In this document: piece after piece, positions 1-7,978 of the stretch | How positions within the stretch are numbered: the first letter of the stretch is position 1 | Layout: every line of letters starts with the position of its first letter | Source: an uncultured Candidatus Sumerlaeota bacterium | Lineage (GTDB): Bacteria; CAYMEV01 | DNA length: 24,709 nt | Assembly (NCBI GenBank): GCA_964389675.1 | Contig: CAYMEV010000002.1 | Location: 248,001-272,709, forward strand | Reading direction: 5' to 3' | The notes under the pieces: generated by a model | Databases searched by the model: none | The model's input: only the letters and a program-made list of their open reading frames with translations | What the model was told of the DNA's origin: nothing | Translations under genes and position numbers: made by a program

Positions 1-85
1 AAGTTAAAAATCATCAGGCTGTCATACCGCATAATAAAAATTAAGAATCTACCTATAACCTCATATCTTTAATTAATCAAGAAAA

Positions 86-1579
86 TTATTTCTTAAATAT
101 TCCGAAGCCTTTTTTATCCTTTTCGGAACTCTTTGGAGTCATATCATTGATTGCACGTGATAATTTTGAAATTTCCTCTTCCTTTTCCTTCTGCATTTTC
201 AGGGATTTTTCAAGAAGTGCTGAATTCTTCTGGTTTGCTTTTTGAAGCTCTTTTCTAAGCTCCAAAAGCTCTCTTTCCAGTTCTTTTATAATATTGTCCT
301 TTTCCTGAATGACAGAATCTTTATCATCCAGGTCCTTATTATGCTTTTCCATCTGTTCCTGAAAATCCTTTTCAAGCTCTATAAGCTTCATTATCTTTGA
401 AAAATCTGCTTTGCTCAAATCTGACTTACCCCCTTTTTGATCATGATCGTCCGAATCCTTTAATTTATCCGCAAACAATTTTGTAAGATTAAGCTCAAGT
501 TCTGATGCGTTTGCGCTGCACCTTACTGCTTCTTCCTTGGAAATAACATTATTCAGGATCAGTGCCATAAGAGACTGATTCATGGATTGCATCCTCGTAT
601 GAACTACACTGGATTCTATCTCATCTACAAGTTCACCTGTATTTCCGGTCAGGATCAGCTTCTTTGCATTTGGAGATGCTATTAGTATCTCAACAGCTGC
701 AACCATACCGTCAACATTCTTCTTTTTTACAAGATGCTGGGATATTACTGCAAGAAGAACATGGGAAAGCTGGAGCCTGATCTGCTGCTGCTGAGATGAT
801 GGAAACATATCTATTATCCTGTCAATTGTCTGAGGAGAGTCATTGGTATGAAGCGTAGAAAGAACCAGATGGCCTGTCTCAGCAGCGGTAAGGACAGTCA
901 TCATGGTCTCCTGGTCTCTCATCTCACCGACCATTATTACATCAGGGTCCTGCCTGAGAACATTGCGAAGAGCTTCAGCAAATGTAGGCGTGTCAAATCC
1001 GACCTCTCTCTGGCTTATGCAGGCAAGCTTATCCCTGAACAGGAATTCTATAGGATCCTCAATTGTTACAATATGGACATTTCGGGTGCTGTTTATCTGT
1101 TTCAGCATAGCTGCCAGTGTGGTTGACTTACCGCTTCCTGTTGGCCCTGTTACCAGTATCAGTCCCTGTTTTCTTGAAACAAGGTCAATCAGCTGTTCTG
1201 GAAGGTCAAGGTCCGTTATCGACCGGATCTCATGAGGGATATTCCTGAAAACTATGCCAAAGGAGCTTCTCTGCTGGAAGATATGTGTCCTGAACCTCGC
1301 AAGGCCTGGGACAGAATACCCTATGTCGATTGCCTTCTTTTCCCTGAATTTATCCCTGCTGTCCCTTGGAAGTATGCACAATGCAATGGACTTGATATCG
1401 TCAGGCTTCAAAACAGGATAATCCAGAGGAATGAGTTTTCCATCCAGCCTTATCATGGGAGGCCTCATTACCTTTAAATGCAGGTCTGATGCATTTTTCG
1501 TAACAAGATCCTTAAGGAATTTATGCAGTATTAATGTGCTTCTTTCCCTTTGTTCCTGTATAGTCTTTTCTATTGTCAA
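86..1579 (-). CDS. Type IV pilus retraction ATPase, PilT/PilU family, with long C-terminal coiled-coil extension
   Basis: ASDLHL N-terminal motif, Walker A GPTGSGKST, TIEDPIE Asp box, QREVG, LRQDPDVIMVGEMRD Walker B, AETGHLVLSTLHTN His box. TTG start with AAAGGAG RBS upstream on the minus strand (~1587-1593). The AIRNLIRE helix is replaced by NAKKLILTG, so PilT versus PilU is not resolved. Confidence 0.93.
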   Translation of the reverse strand: MTIEKTIQEQRERSTLILHKFLKDLVTKNASDLHLKVMRPPMIRLDGKLIPLDYPVLKPDDIKSIALCILPRDSRDKFREKKAIDIGYSVPGLARFRTHIFQQRSSFGIVFRNIPHEIRSITDLDLPEQLIDLVSRKQGLILVTGPTGSGKSTTLAAMLKQINSTRNVHIVTIEDPIEFLFRDKLACISQREVGFDTPTFAEALRNVLRQDPDVIMVGEMRDQETMMTVLTAAETGHLVLSTLHTNDSPQTIDRIIDMFPSSQQQQIRLQLSHVLLAVISQHLVKKKNVDGMVAAVEILIASPNAKKLILTGNTGELVDEIESSVVHTRMQSMNQSLMALILNNVISKEEAVRCSANASELELNLTKLFADKLKDSDDHDQKGGKSDLSKADFSKIMKLIELEKDFQEQMEKHNKDLDDKDSVIQEKDNIIKELERELLELRKELQKANQKNSALLEKSLKMQKEKEEEISKLSRAINDMTPKSSEKDKKGFGIFKK

Positions 1580-1687
1580 GGTTTTGCTCCTTTACCTGCT
1601 GAATACTATGAGGTATTCACTATACTATAAAGAATATTCTACTTATTATGTTAATTTTAGTCAAAAATAATTTCGTAACAATATATT

Positions 1688-1715
1688 TTGACATATAGCG
1701 CCAATTTACTATTAT
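1688..1715 (+). promoter_or_regulatory. Putative sigma70 promoter for murB operon
   Basis: TTGACA (1688-1693), 16-bp spacer, TATTAT (1710-1715), ~50 bp before the murB start. Confidence 0.6.
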
Positions 1716-1763
1716 TTTTTTAATCCGGCTGAATTAATTATCAATGGTGAAAAGGGAAAAATA

Positions 1764-2645
1764 GTGGAGATCAGATATAAAGAGCCTTTGAAAAAGCATA
1801 CTTCTTTCAGGATTGGCGGCACAGTTCAGGAGATGGTCTTTCCCAGGAATGAGAAGGATATTGCAGAAATTATTGGATGTATAAGGGATAAACCATATTT
1901 TGTAATATCCAATGGCACCAATATATTGTTCAATGATGTCCACTTTAACGGTGTAATAATTAATATGTCAATGTTCGAGCGATTAAAATACCCTGGCAAG
2001 TCAAGGCTCCTTGTATCTTCAGGTACCATGAACAGCGATATAATTGCAGAAGCACGGGAGAAAGGGCTTATTAACCTTACATTCCTGGCAGGCATACCTG
2101 GCAGGTTTGGCGGGGCTGCCTATATGAATGCAGGTGCATACGGGCATTGTATCTCAGAGTATATTAGCAGCATAATGCTTTTTGATCTGAGATCATCAAA
2201 TTTTATAATCCTGGACAGGGATTCGATGAATTATTTTTACAGGGGTCAGGATTTTATAAAGCCGTATCATATTATTCTTTCAGGAATTATTAAACTCGAA
2301 TACGGGGATAAAGCAGAAACTGGAAAACAGATTGAGCTCTGCCTTGCAAAAAGAAAACAGAAGCACCCCCTGGAGAAACCTTCAGCTGGTTCAGTCTTTA
2401 AGAATCCGAAAGGCTGTGTTTCAGGCATCCTTATTGAAGAACTCGGCCTGAAAGGTACTGTATGCGGAGGCGCGCAGATCTCTCAAAAACATGGGAACTT
2501 TATTGTAAACAATGATAATGCTTCATTTGATGACGTCATCAGGCTCGTGGATATGGCCAGAAAAATGGTTCTGAAGGAATATAATATTGAACTCGAAACA
2601 GAAATAAGGATAATAAAAAGTGATATGGATTTTTACCGTTTATGA
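1764..2645 (+). CDS. murB: UDP-N-acetylmuramate dehydrogenase (UDP-N-acetylenolpyruvoylglucosamine reductase)
   Basis: HTSFRIGG, GIPGRFGGAAYMNAGAYG, FYR, PSAGSVFKNP, GGAQISQKHGNFIVN, LETEI motifs; 293 aa short-type MurB; GTG start. Confidence 0.95.
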   Translation: MEIRYKEPLKKHTSFRIGGTVQEMVFPRNEKDIAEIIGCIRDKPYFVISNGTNILFNDVHFNGVIINMSMFERLKYPGKSRLLVSSGTMNSDIIAEAREKGLINLTFLAGIPGRFGGAAYMNAGAYGHCISEYISSIMLFDLRSSNFIILDRDSMNYFYRGQDFIKPYHIILSGIIKLEYGDKAETGKQIELCLAKRKQKHPLEKPSAGSVFKNPKGCVSGILIEELGLKGTVCGGAQISQKHGNFIVNNDNASFDDVIRLVDMARKMVLKEYNIELETEIRIIKSDMDFYRL

Positions 2646-4033
2646 AAGTATTGTTTCTACAGAGGCTTTATTTTGAATATATAGGAATATCATACCTCTC
2701 CGCTTCCCTTAAAAAAGCTGGTTTCAGAACAGATCTTATTATTGAAAAAAACACTGGCAAAATCAGGGATTATGTAAGGAAAACAGAGCCTGATGCAGTC
2801 GCCATGTCTATTGTCAGCGGCTACGAGGATTTCTACAGAAAAGCAGCAGAAGAAATAAAGAGCATCTCAAGGGATATTACCATTGTAGCTGGAGGGCCCC
2901 ATATTACATTTTTCCCGGCTTTTCTCGAGGACGGGAATTTTGATTTTGGCATGGTCGGAGAGGTTGACAATATATTCCCGCTTGCCCTTAATAATATGGA
3001 TGATCTTAAAAAGGTGCCAAATGTTGCAATTGACGGCCATAGTGTCTCCAATCTGGGAAATCTGGTTGAGGACCTTGACACACTGCCTTTCCCTGACAGG
3101 GACCTGTACCTGAAAAAGTACAGGCTTTTGAGAAATATCCCTAACAAGCATTTTATCACTGGCAGAGGCTGCCCTTATGAGTGCTCTTTCTGTTTTAATG
3201 TTACATTAAAGGAGATATACAGGGGAAAGGGCAGGTTTGTAAGAAGGCACTCCCCGGAGAGGGTGATTGATGAAATAAAATATATCAGGGATAATTACCC
3301 TCTGAAAGTTATAAGGTTTGATGATGATGTATTTACACTTGACAGCAGATGGCTCTCTGAATTTCTTCCCCTGTACAGGGACAGGATAGGTCTGCCATTC
3401 AGCTGCCTTATAAGGGCAAATAATTTTACTGATGATATGGGCAGGCTACTGGCGGAATGCAATTGTCATTTCGTACAGTTCGGCATTGAATCAGGGAACG
3501 AAAGACTAAGGAAAGATGTGCTCAATAAGAATATTGAGAAGGAGCATATTATAAACACCTCCGATATACTAAAAAAATACAGGATCAGGTTCGGGACATT
3601 CAATATGCTGAATATACCGACAGAGACCTTTAATGATGCTTTTGAAACCGTTCAGCTCAACAGGATTATAAAGACGACTCTGCCATGGTGCTCTGTCATA
3701 CAGCCATATCCCCGGACTAAGCTTGCAGAATTTGCTGTGAATATGGGTCTTCTTGATGAAGAAAGATTAAAATGTGTACAGGGCAGTTATTTTAACAGGG
3801 GGCTTCTCTGGAACAAGGATTCGAAACTGCTTATCAGGATGCAGAAGCTGTTTTTCCTTTTCTGCAAAATCAGGTTCAGCATTTCAGTTACCAGGTTTAT
3901 TGTATCCCTTCCGTTTTCATTTATATACAATGCAGTCTTTTTTGCTACTTTCGGATACCGCTACCTGAAAACCTACAGAATAGGGCTTAAAAATCTAATA
4001 CTGCTCGGGATAAAAACCAGGGGGGATTTCTGA
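2642..4033 (+). CDS. Cobalamin (B12)-binding radical SAM protein (class B methyltransferase-like)
   Basis: N-terminal B12-binding domain (GISYLSASL, VAGGPH, GEVD), DLDTLPFPDR linker, GRGCPYECSFC CxxxCxxC, FDDDVF, FGIESGN, QPYPRT; hydrophobic C-terminal segment. ATGA overlap with murB. Confidence 0.9.
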   Translation: MKVLFLQRLYFEYIGISYLSASLKKAGFRTDLIIEKNTGKIRDYVRKTEPDAVAMSIVSGYEDFYRKAAEEIKSISRDITIVAGGPHITFFPAFLEDGNFDFGMVGEVDNIFPLALNNMDDLKKVPNVAIDGHSVSNLGNLVEDLDTLPFPDRDLYLKKYRLLRNIPNKHFITGRGCPYECSFCFNVTLKEIYRGKGRFVRRHSPERVIDEIKYIRDNYPLKVIRFDDDVFTLDSRWLSEFLPLYRDRIGLPFSCLIRANNFTDDMGRLLAECNCHFVQFGIESGNERLRKDVLNKNIEKEHIINTSDILKKYRIRFGTFNMLNIPTETFNDAFETVQLNRIIKTTLPWCSVIQPYPRTKLAEFAVNMGLLDEERLKCVQGSYFNRGLLWNKDSKLLIRMQKLFFLFCKIRFSISVTRFIVSLPFSFIYNAVFFATFGYRYLKTYRIGLKNLILLGIKTRGDF

Positions 4034-4101
4034 TACTGAATGGGCCATACAGGCTTACATGCTTGAAGGCATGATTCTTTCAGGGCCTGGTCGGCGTCAT
4101 A

Positions 4102-5430
4102 TTATTTATCCCTGTCCTCTTCACGGAATCTGTTGAATAGATTTATTGCGGATTCTATGCTGTTATCCATGTTGTTATAAAAGAATGCGCCTGTCCTTCC
4201 CGACAAATAAAGATTTTTAATCCTGGCGGTATCCTCTTTGAGCATTTTAAGCTGATGCCTGTATTCAAGGTGATATATGGGATAGGCGTCTTTTATCCTT
4301 TCAATCCGGATATCCCTGATATAGCTCTTTTTGATGAGATTCAGCTTTACGAGGTCATCAATTACATCCTGTCTGTATTTTTCCGGGTTTTCCCACAGAT
4401 CCCTGTCTTTAACAGTTACCTCTACACAGAGCCCGTAAAGACCTTCCCTGAAAAGAAAGTGTGAAAAGTTGTGAGGGAATGATATCCTGGTGAATATCAG
4501 GTCTTTTTCTCCGTAATAAACCCATTGATCCTTAACATCGATCTTCCTGTCTATGATCACATTGAAGAGTACAATATCCAGGTAGGGCAGATATCTTTCA
4601 GGTATATTTACAAGTCTTGTAAGGTCGTTTATATTGCCTGTCCATACAAACCTTTCTGCATTATAGGTGCGGTCTTTTATCTTCACCTGGTTTATTCTGC
4701 CCTTGCTGATATTAACAGAATCTATAACTGAGCCTGTAAGTATCATTGAGCCATTTTTCTGAATAATATCCGCGGCCTTCTTGCTGTACATGTAGCACCC
4801 GTTCCTGGGATAGATGAACAGTGTATCAACTACCGGCTTAGGGAGGAGCGATACCTTTATTGTATCAAGCAGGCTTCCGATCTGGAGCCGTTTGTCTATA
4901 ATAGCCCTTTCTACTCCTGTCATAGCCCAGTCATAGTGCAGGTCTGAAGGTTCTATCCTGCAGAATTTGCGGGAGTAATCTCTAAAGAAGATTGAATATA
5001 GTGTTTTGCCATACTTGCTGATTACATATTCTTCGAAACTTTTCATCCCTGGTTTAAATCCGGGTTTTGTGAAGAGATCAAAAAATGATCTTATAAGAAA
5101 CCATTTTGGAAGCTTCAGGACAGTATTCAGCCTGATGGGCCATGGGTGCCTCAGCCCGTAAAGGTGAACAGAGCTTTTTCTTTTTATGTAGATCAGGTCA
5201 TCTTTCAGGACTTCCTTTATGATATCATTCACTTTCTGGTTATCTGTATGAAACCGGTGAGGCCCGACATCGAATGTCCCTTCTTCATACTGGAAGCTTT
5301 TTGCCAGCCCGCCGATCACATCGCCTTTTTCTGCTATTAAAACAGTGTAGCCCCTGCCTGAAAGAAGATAACCGAGGGTTAGCCCTGTTATGCCGGCTCC
5401 GGCAATTATTATGTCATAATCTGTCTTCAT
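4102..5430 (-). CDS. FAD-dependent oxidoreductase (UDP-galactopyranose mutase / protoporphyrinogen oxidase-like superfamily)
   Basis: Rossmann GAGITG...EK...IGGL, DVGPHRFHT, AYPIY and C-terminal GRTGAFFYNNMD motifs. Confidence 0.85.
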   Translation of the reverse strand: MKTDYDIIIAGAGITGLTLGYLLSGRGYTVLIAEKGDVIGGLAKSFQYEEGTFDVGPHRFHTDNQKVNDIIKEVLKDDLIYIKRKSSVHLYGLRHPWPIRLNTVLKLPKWFLIRSFFDLFTKPGFKPGMKSFEEYVISKYGKTLYSIFFRDYSRKFCRIEPSDLHYDWAMTGVERAIIDKRLQIGSLLDTIKVSLLPKPVVDTLFIYPRNGCYMYSKKAADIIQKNGSMILTGSVIDSVNISKGRINQVKIKDRTYNAERFVWTGNINDLTRLVNIPERYLPYLDIVLFNVIIDRKIDVKDQWVYYGEKDLIFTRISFPHNFSHFLFREGLYGLCVEVTVKDRDLWENPEKYRQDVIDDLVKLNLIKKSYIRDIRIERIKDAYPIYHLEYRHQLKMLKEDTARIKNLYLSGRTGAFFYNNMDNSIESAINLFNRFREEDRDK

Positions 5431-6421
5431 ACTGCCTGAGGTCCTTTATTGTAAGATAAGCTCTTTGATTGTAGTCAGGAGAATGACAATCTCTGCAGAT
5501 ATCAGGTTTAGTACCTGAAATATATGCATCTCTGAAATTCTGGTAGGCTTTGCTGTTCCAGATTTCCTCAGGTGAATTTCTGCATATATTTCCCATTTTA
5601 TGGTCAAGCCTGAAGTCAAAACAGCATGGATAAGCATTGCCGTCGCTATTTATAAGCAAAAGGGAGTAAAGCCTCCTGCAAAGTTTGTTGTTGGGCATTC
5701 TTCTTATTTTCCATTTTGCTTCCTTATCATTATCGAAGTGATAATCCACCCTTCGGAAAGAAACACAGTCGCAGCCGGAATCTTTGAGTATACTGTGAAT
5801 ATCTGTCAGGAGATGAACTGGCTGATCTTCAATTATTACTGCTGCGTCCACAAATGGATGCTTTTTCCCTGCTTTCAGAGAAGCAATTTTCTCTACAATG
5901 CTTTTATATTTTGCAATATCGTCATTCTTATTTATATAACAGCTTATTTTAAGATAATTCAGTCCTGAATCAATCATCTTTCTTATCCTTTCTTCATCCA
6001 GAAGGAAACCATTGGTTGTTATTATTGAATAAACTGCATTTTGCCTGCAGAGCTCAATCATTCTGAAGATGTTTTTTGCTGCAAACGGTTCGCCGTAATT
6101 CCAGAGCATTGCCAGGAAAACACTGTCTTTGAGGTCATTTAGTATTTTTTCAAACATAGCTGTATCAAAATCCTTTTGTGTTCTGTCTGACTGGTATATT
6201 GTCCTTGCACACATGCTGCAGTCCAGATTGCATTTATTTGTCGATTCCAGCATCAAAAGGCTTGGAAGGGACCTTAGTACAGTCCTTCTTTTTATAATAT
6301 CCATTTGCTGTTTGAACAGATTTATAAGCCTTTTATATCTTAGAACGGATCTGAGCAAAGGAAAAAACAGTTTTGTAAATTCCTTGAATTCATAAGATTG
6401 ATTCAGCAAACTAATGTACAT
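5414..6421 (-). CDS. Radical SAM protein with C-terminal SPASM/twitch Fe-S domain
   Basis: ESTNKCNLDCSMC CxxxCxxC, NYGEP, TTNG; C-terminal C...DGNAYPCC...GN...IWNS...CRDC. Overlaps the next gene by 17 bp. Confidence 0.9.
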   Translation of the reverse strand: MYISLLNQSYEFKEFTKLFFPLLRSVLRYKRLINLFKQQMDIIKRRTVLRSLPSLLMLESTNKCNLDCSMCARTIYQSDRTQKDFDTAMFEKILNDLKDSVFLAMLWNYGEPFAAKNIFRMIELCRQNAVYSIITTNGFLLDEERIRKMIDSGLNYLKISCYINKNDDIAKYKSIVEKIASLKAGKKHPFVDAAVIIEDQPVHLLTDIHSILKDSGCDCVSFRRVDYHFDNDKEAKWKIRRMPNNKLCRRLYSLLLINSDGNAYPCCFDFRLDHKMGNICRNSPEEIWNSKAYQNFRDAYISGTKPDICRDCHSPDYNQRAYLTIKDLRQYEDRL

Positions 6422-6483
6422 AATGATAACTTTTTTAAATCAGAATATAATAAATCTATAAAAAAAACGAATATTATCAAGAT

Positions 6484-7833
6484 TTAAATATTCCTGTCAT
6501 ACCATTTTTTTCTCTTATACGGGATATATATGATCAGCCCCTTAAGCAGGGTCGTAATATGGATTGCTATCCAGACTCCTAAAACCCTGTAATCAAATAC
6601 TACTGCCAGTACATAAGCGATCGGGATCCGTAAAGCTGTTATGGGGGTATTTATAAGCAGGACAGGGAGAGTATTCCCTGATCCCTGAAATGCTCCGGAG
6701 ATGATTATCTCGAGGCTGTGGAAGAAGAGGACGAAAAAAAGGATTCTTATATATATTGTACAGTAGTCTATAACAAGCATATTATCTGTAAAAAGAGAAA
6801 AAATCCATGGAGCGAATAAAAACAGGACAGTACCTGTTGTATAGGCCCCGGCATTGGCAAGAACTATCGAGTTCCTGACGGACTCTCTTGCTTTGCCGGG
6901 CTGTTTAGCCCCCAGGTTTTGCCCTACCATGGACATTGTTGCCTGAGAAAAACCGAAAAATATAAAATAGGTCATGCTCTCAACCTTGTGGACAAGCCCC
7001 ATTGATGCAATGGCTTCAGTTCCAAACCTTGAAATTATGCTGGCAATAAATACATATATGCTTGAAAACAAAAACCCGTTGATTGAGGGTGGAAAGCCTA
7101 TTTTTAACGTTTTCCTTATGATATCGAAATAATAACTCAATGGCTTTATCCCATATTTATCCTGATACCTGTTGATAAACCTTAATTTTAAGAGGGCATA
7201 GGCAATGAGGCAGCCTGCTATTCTGGAAATTACTGTTGCAACAGCAGCCCCTTTTATCCCCATTTCTGGAAAGAAAAACCATCCAAATATCAGTATGGGG
7301 TCTAAAATTATATTTATGATCAGGCTGGTTATCAGTATCTTAAAGAATATAATATTATTGCCGATTGCATTAAATGTATTTCCAAGCACCTGGAAGAAAA
7401 AGAGAAAGAATGACCCTGTTATCATGGTGCTGGTATAGGTAATTCCCTGCTCTATAACAACAGGGTCATCTGTCATGAAGCTGAAAACCCTGGAAATAAT
7501 GAAAAAACTGCTGCCAATAAACAGTATGCTCAATAATACACAAAGCAGTACAGAAGTCTTGAACACATCAATCGAGCTTTCAAAATTCTTTTCACCTATC
7601 CTCCTTGCAATGATTGAGGTCTGTCCTGTTGCAATAATGCTCCCTATGCTTATAATTCCCCAGAGTAAGAATGAAGATGCTGAAATCGCAGCTATGCTGT
7701 GATGGCCCAGTTTGCCTATCCAGAAGATATCTATCAGCTCAAAAGCAGACTGGAATACCATCATTCCGATTGCCGGGAAGGCAAGCATAAGGATATTTTT
7801 GTATATGGAACCTGCTGTCAGATCTTTATACAT
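6484..7833 (-). CDS. MATE family efflux transporter (MOP superfamily)
   Basis: DLTAGSI...LAFP start, D-x-FWIGKLG, NIILDPILIFG, MGIKGAAVATVIS, GQNLGA; about 12 hydrophobic segments in 449 aa. Confidence 0.92.
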   Translation of the reverse strand: MYKDLTAGSIYKNILMLAFPAIGMMVFQSAFELIDIFWIGKLGHHSIAAISASSFLLWGIISIGSIIATGQTSIIARRIGEKNFESSIDVFKTSVLLCVLLSILFIGSSFFIISRVFSFMTDDPVVIEQGITYTSTMITGSFFLFFFQVLGNTFNAIGNNIIFFKILITSLIINIILDPILIFGWFFFPEMGIKGAAVATVISRIAGCLIAYALLKLRFINRYQDKYGIKPLSYYFDIIRKTLKIGFPPSINGFLFSSIYVFIASIISRFGTEAIASMGLVHKVESMTYFIFFGFSQATMSMVGQNLGAKQPGKARESVRNSIVLANAGAYTTGTVLFLFAPWIFSLFTDNMLVIDYCTIYIRILFFVLFFHSLEIIISGAFQGSGNTLPVLLINTPITALRIPIAYVLAVVFDYRVLGVWIAIHITTLLKGLIIYIPYKRKKWYDRNI

Positions 7834-7911
7834 ATGAATAAATTAAGTAATAGATATATTTATTAAAAGCAAATTAAAAACAATGAGTGGCCCCCGTCAG
7901 CAATTTTAATA

Positions 7912-7941
7912 TTGACATCAAAAAGATATAAGGGTTAATAT
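7912..7941 (+). promoter_or_regulatory. Putative sigma70 promoter for ileS operon
   Basis: TTGACA (7912-7917), 18-bp spacer, TAATAT (7936-7941); GGAGG RBS at 7968-7972 before ATG 7979. Confidence 0.55.
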
Positions 7942-7978
7942 AGCTTGTCATTTTATCATAATTAGCTGGAGGCTCGAT

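Noticed and set aside
4102-5430. Calling the flavoprotein hemY or glf
   Set aside because: There is no heme gene context, and the motifs support only superfamily-level assignment.
5414-6483. RiPP system around the SPASM enzyme
   Set aside because: No short precursor ORF, no N-terminal RRE-like extension and no peptidase are visible.
7834-7978. Possible T-box leader before ileS
   Set aside because: The gap is only 145 bp, the promoter is adjacent to the RBS, and there is no T-box consensus or terminator.
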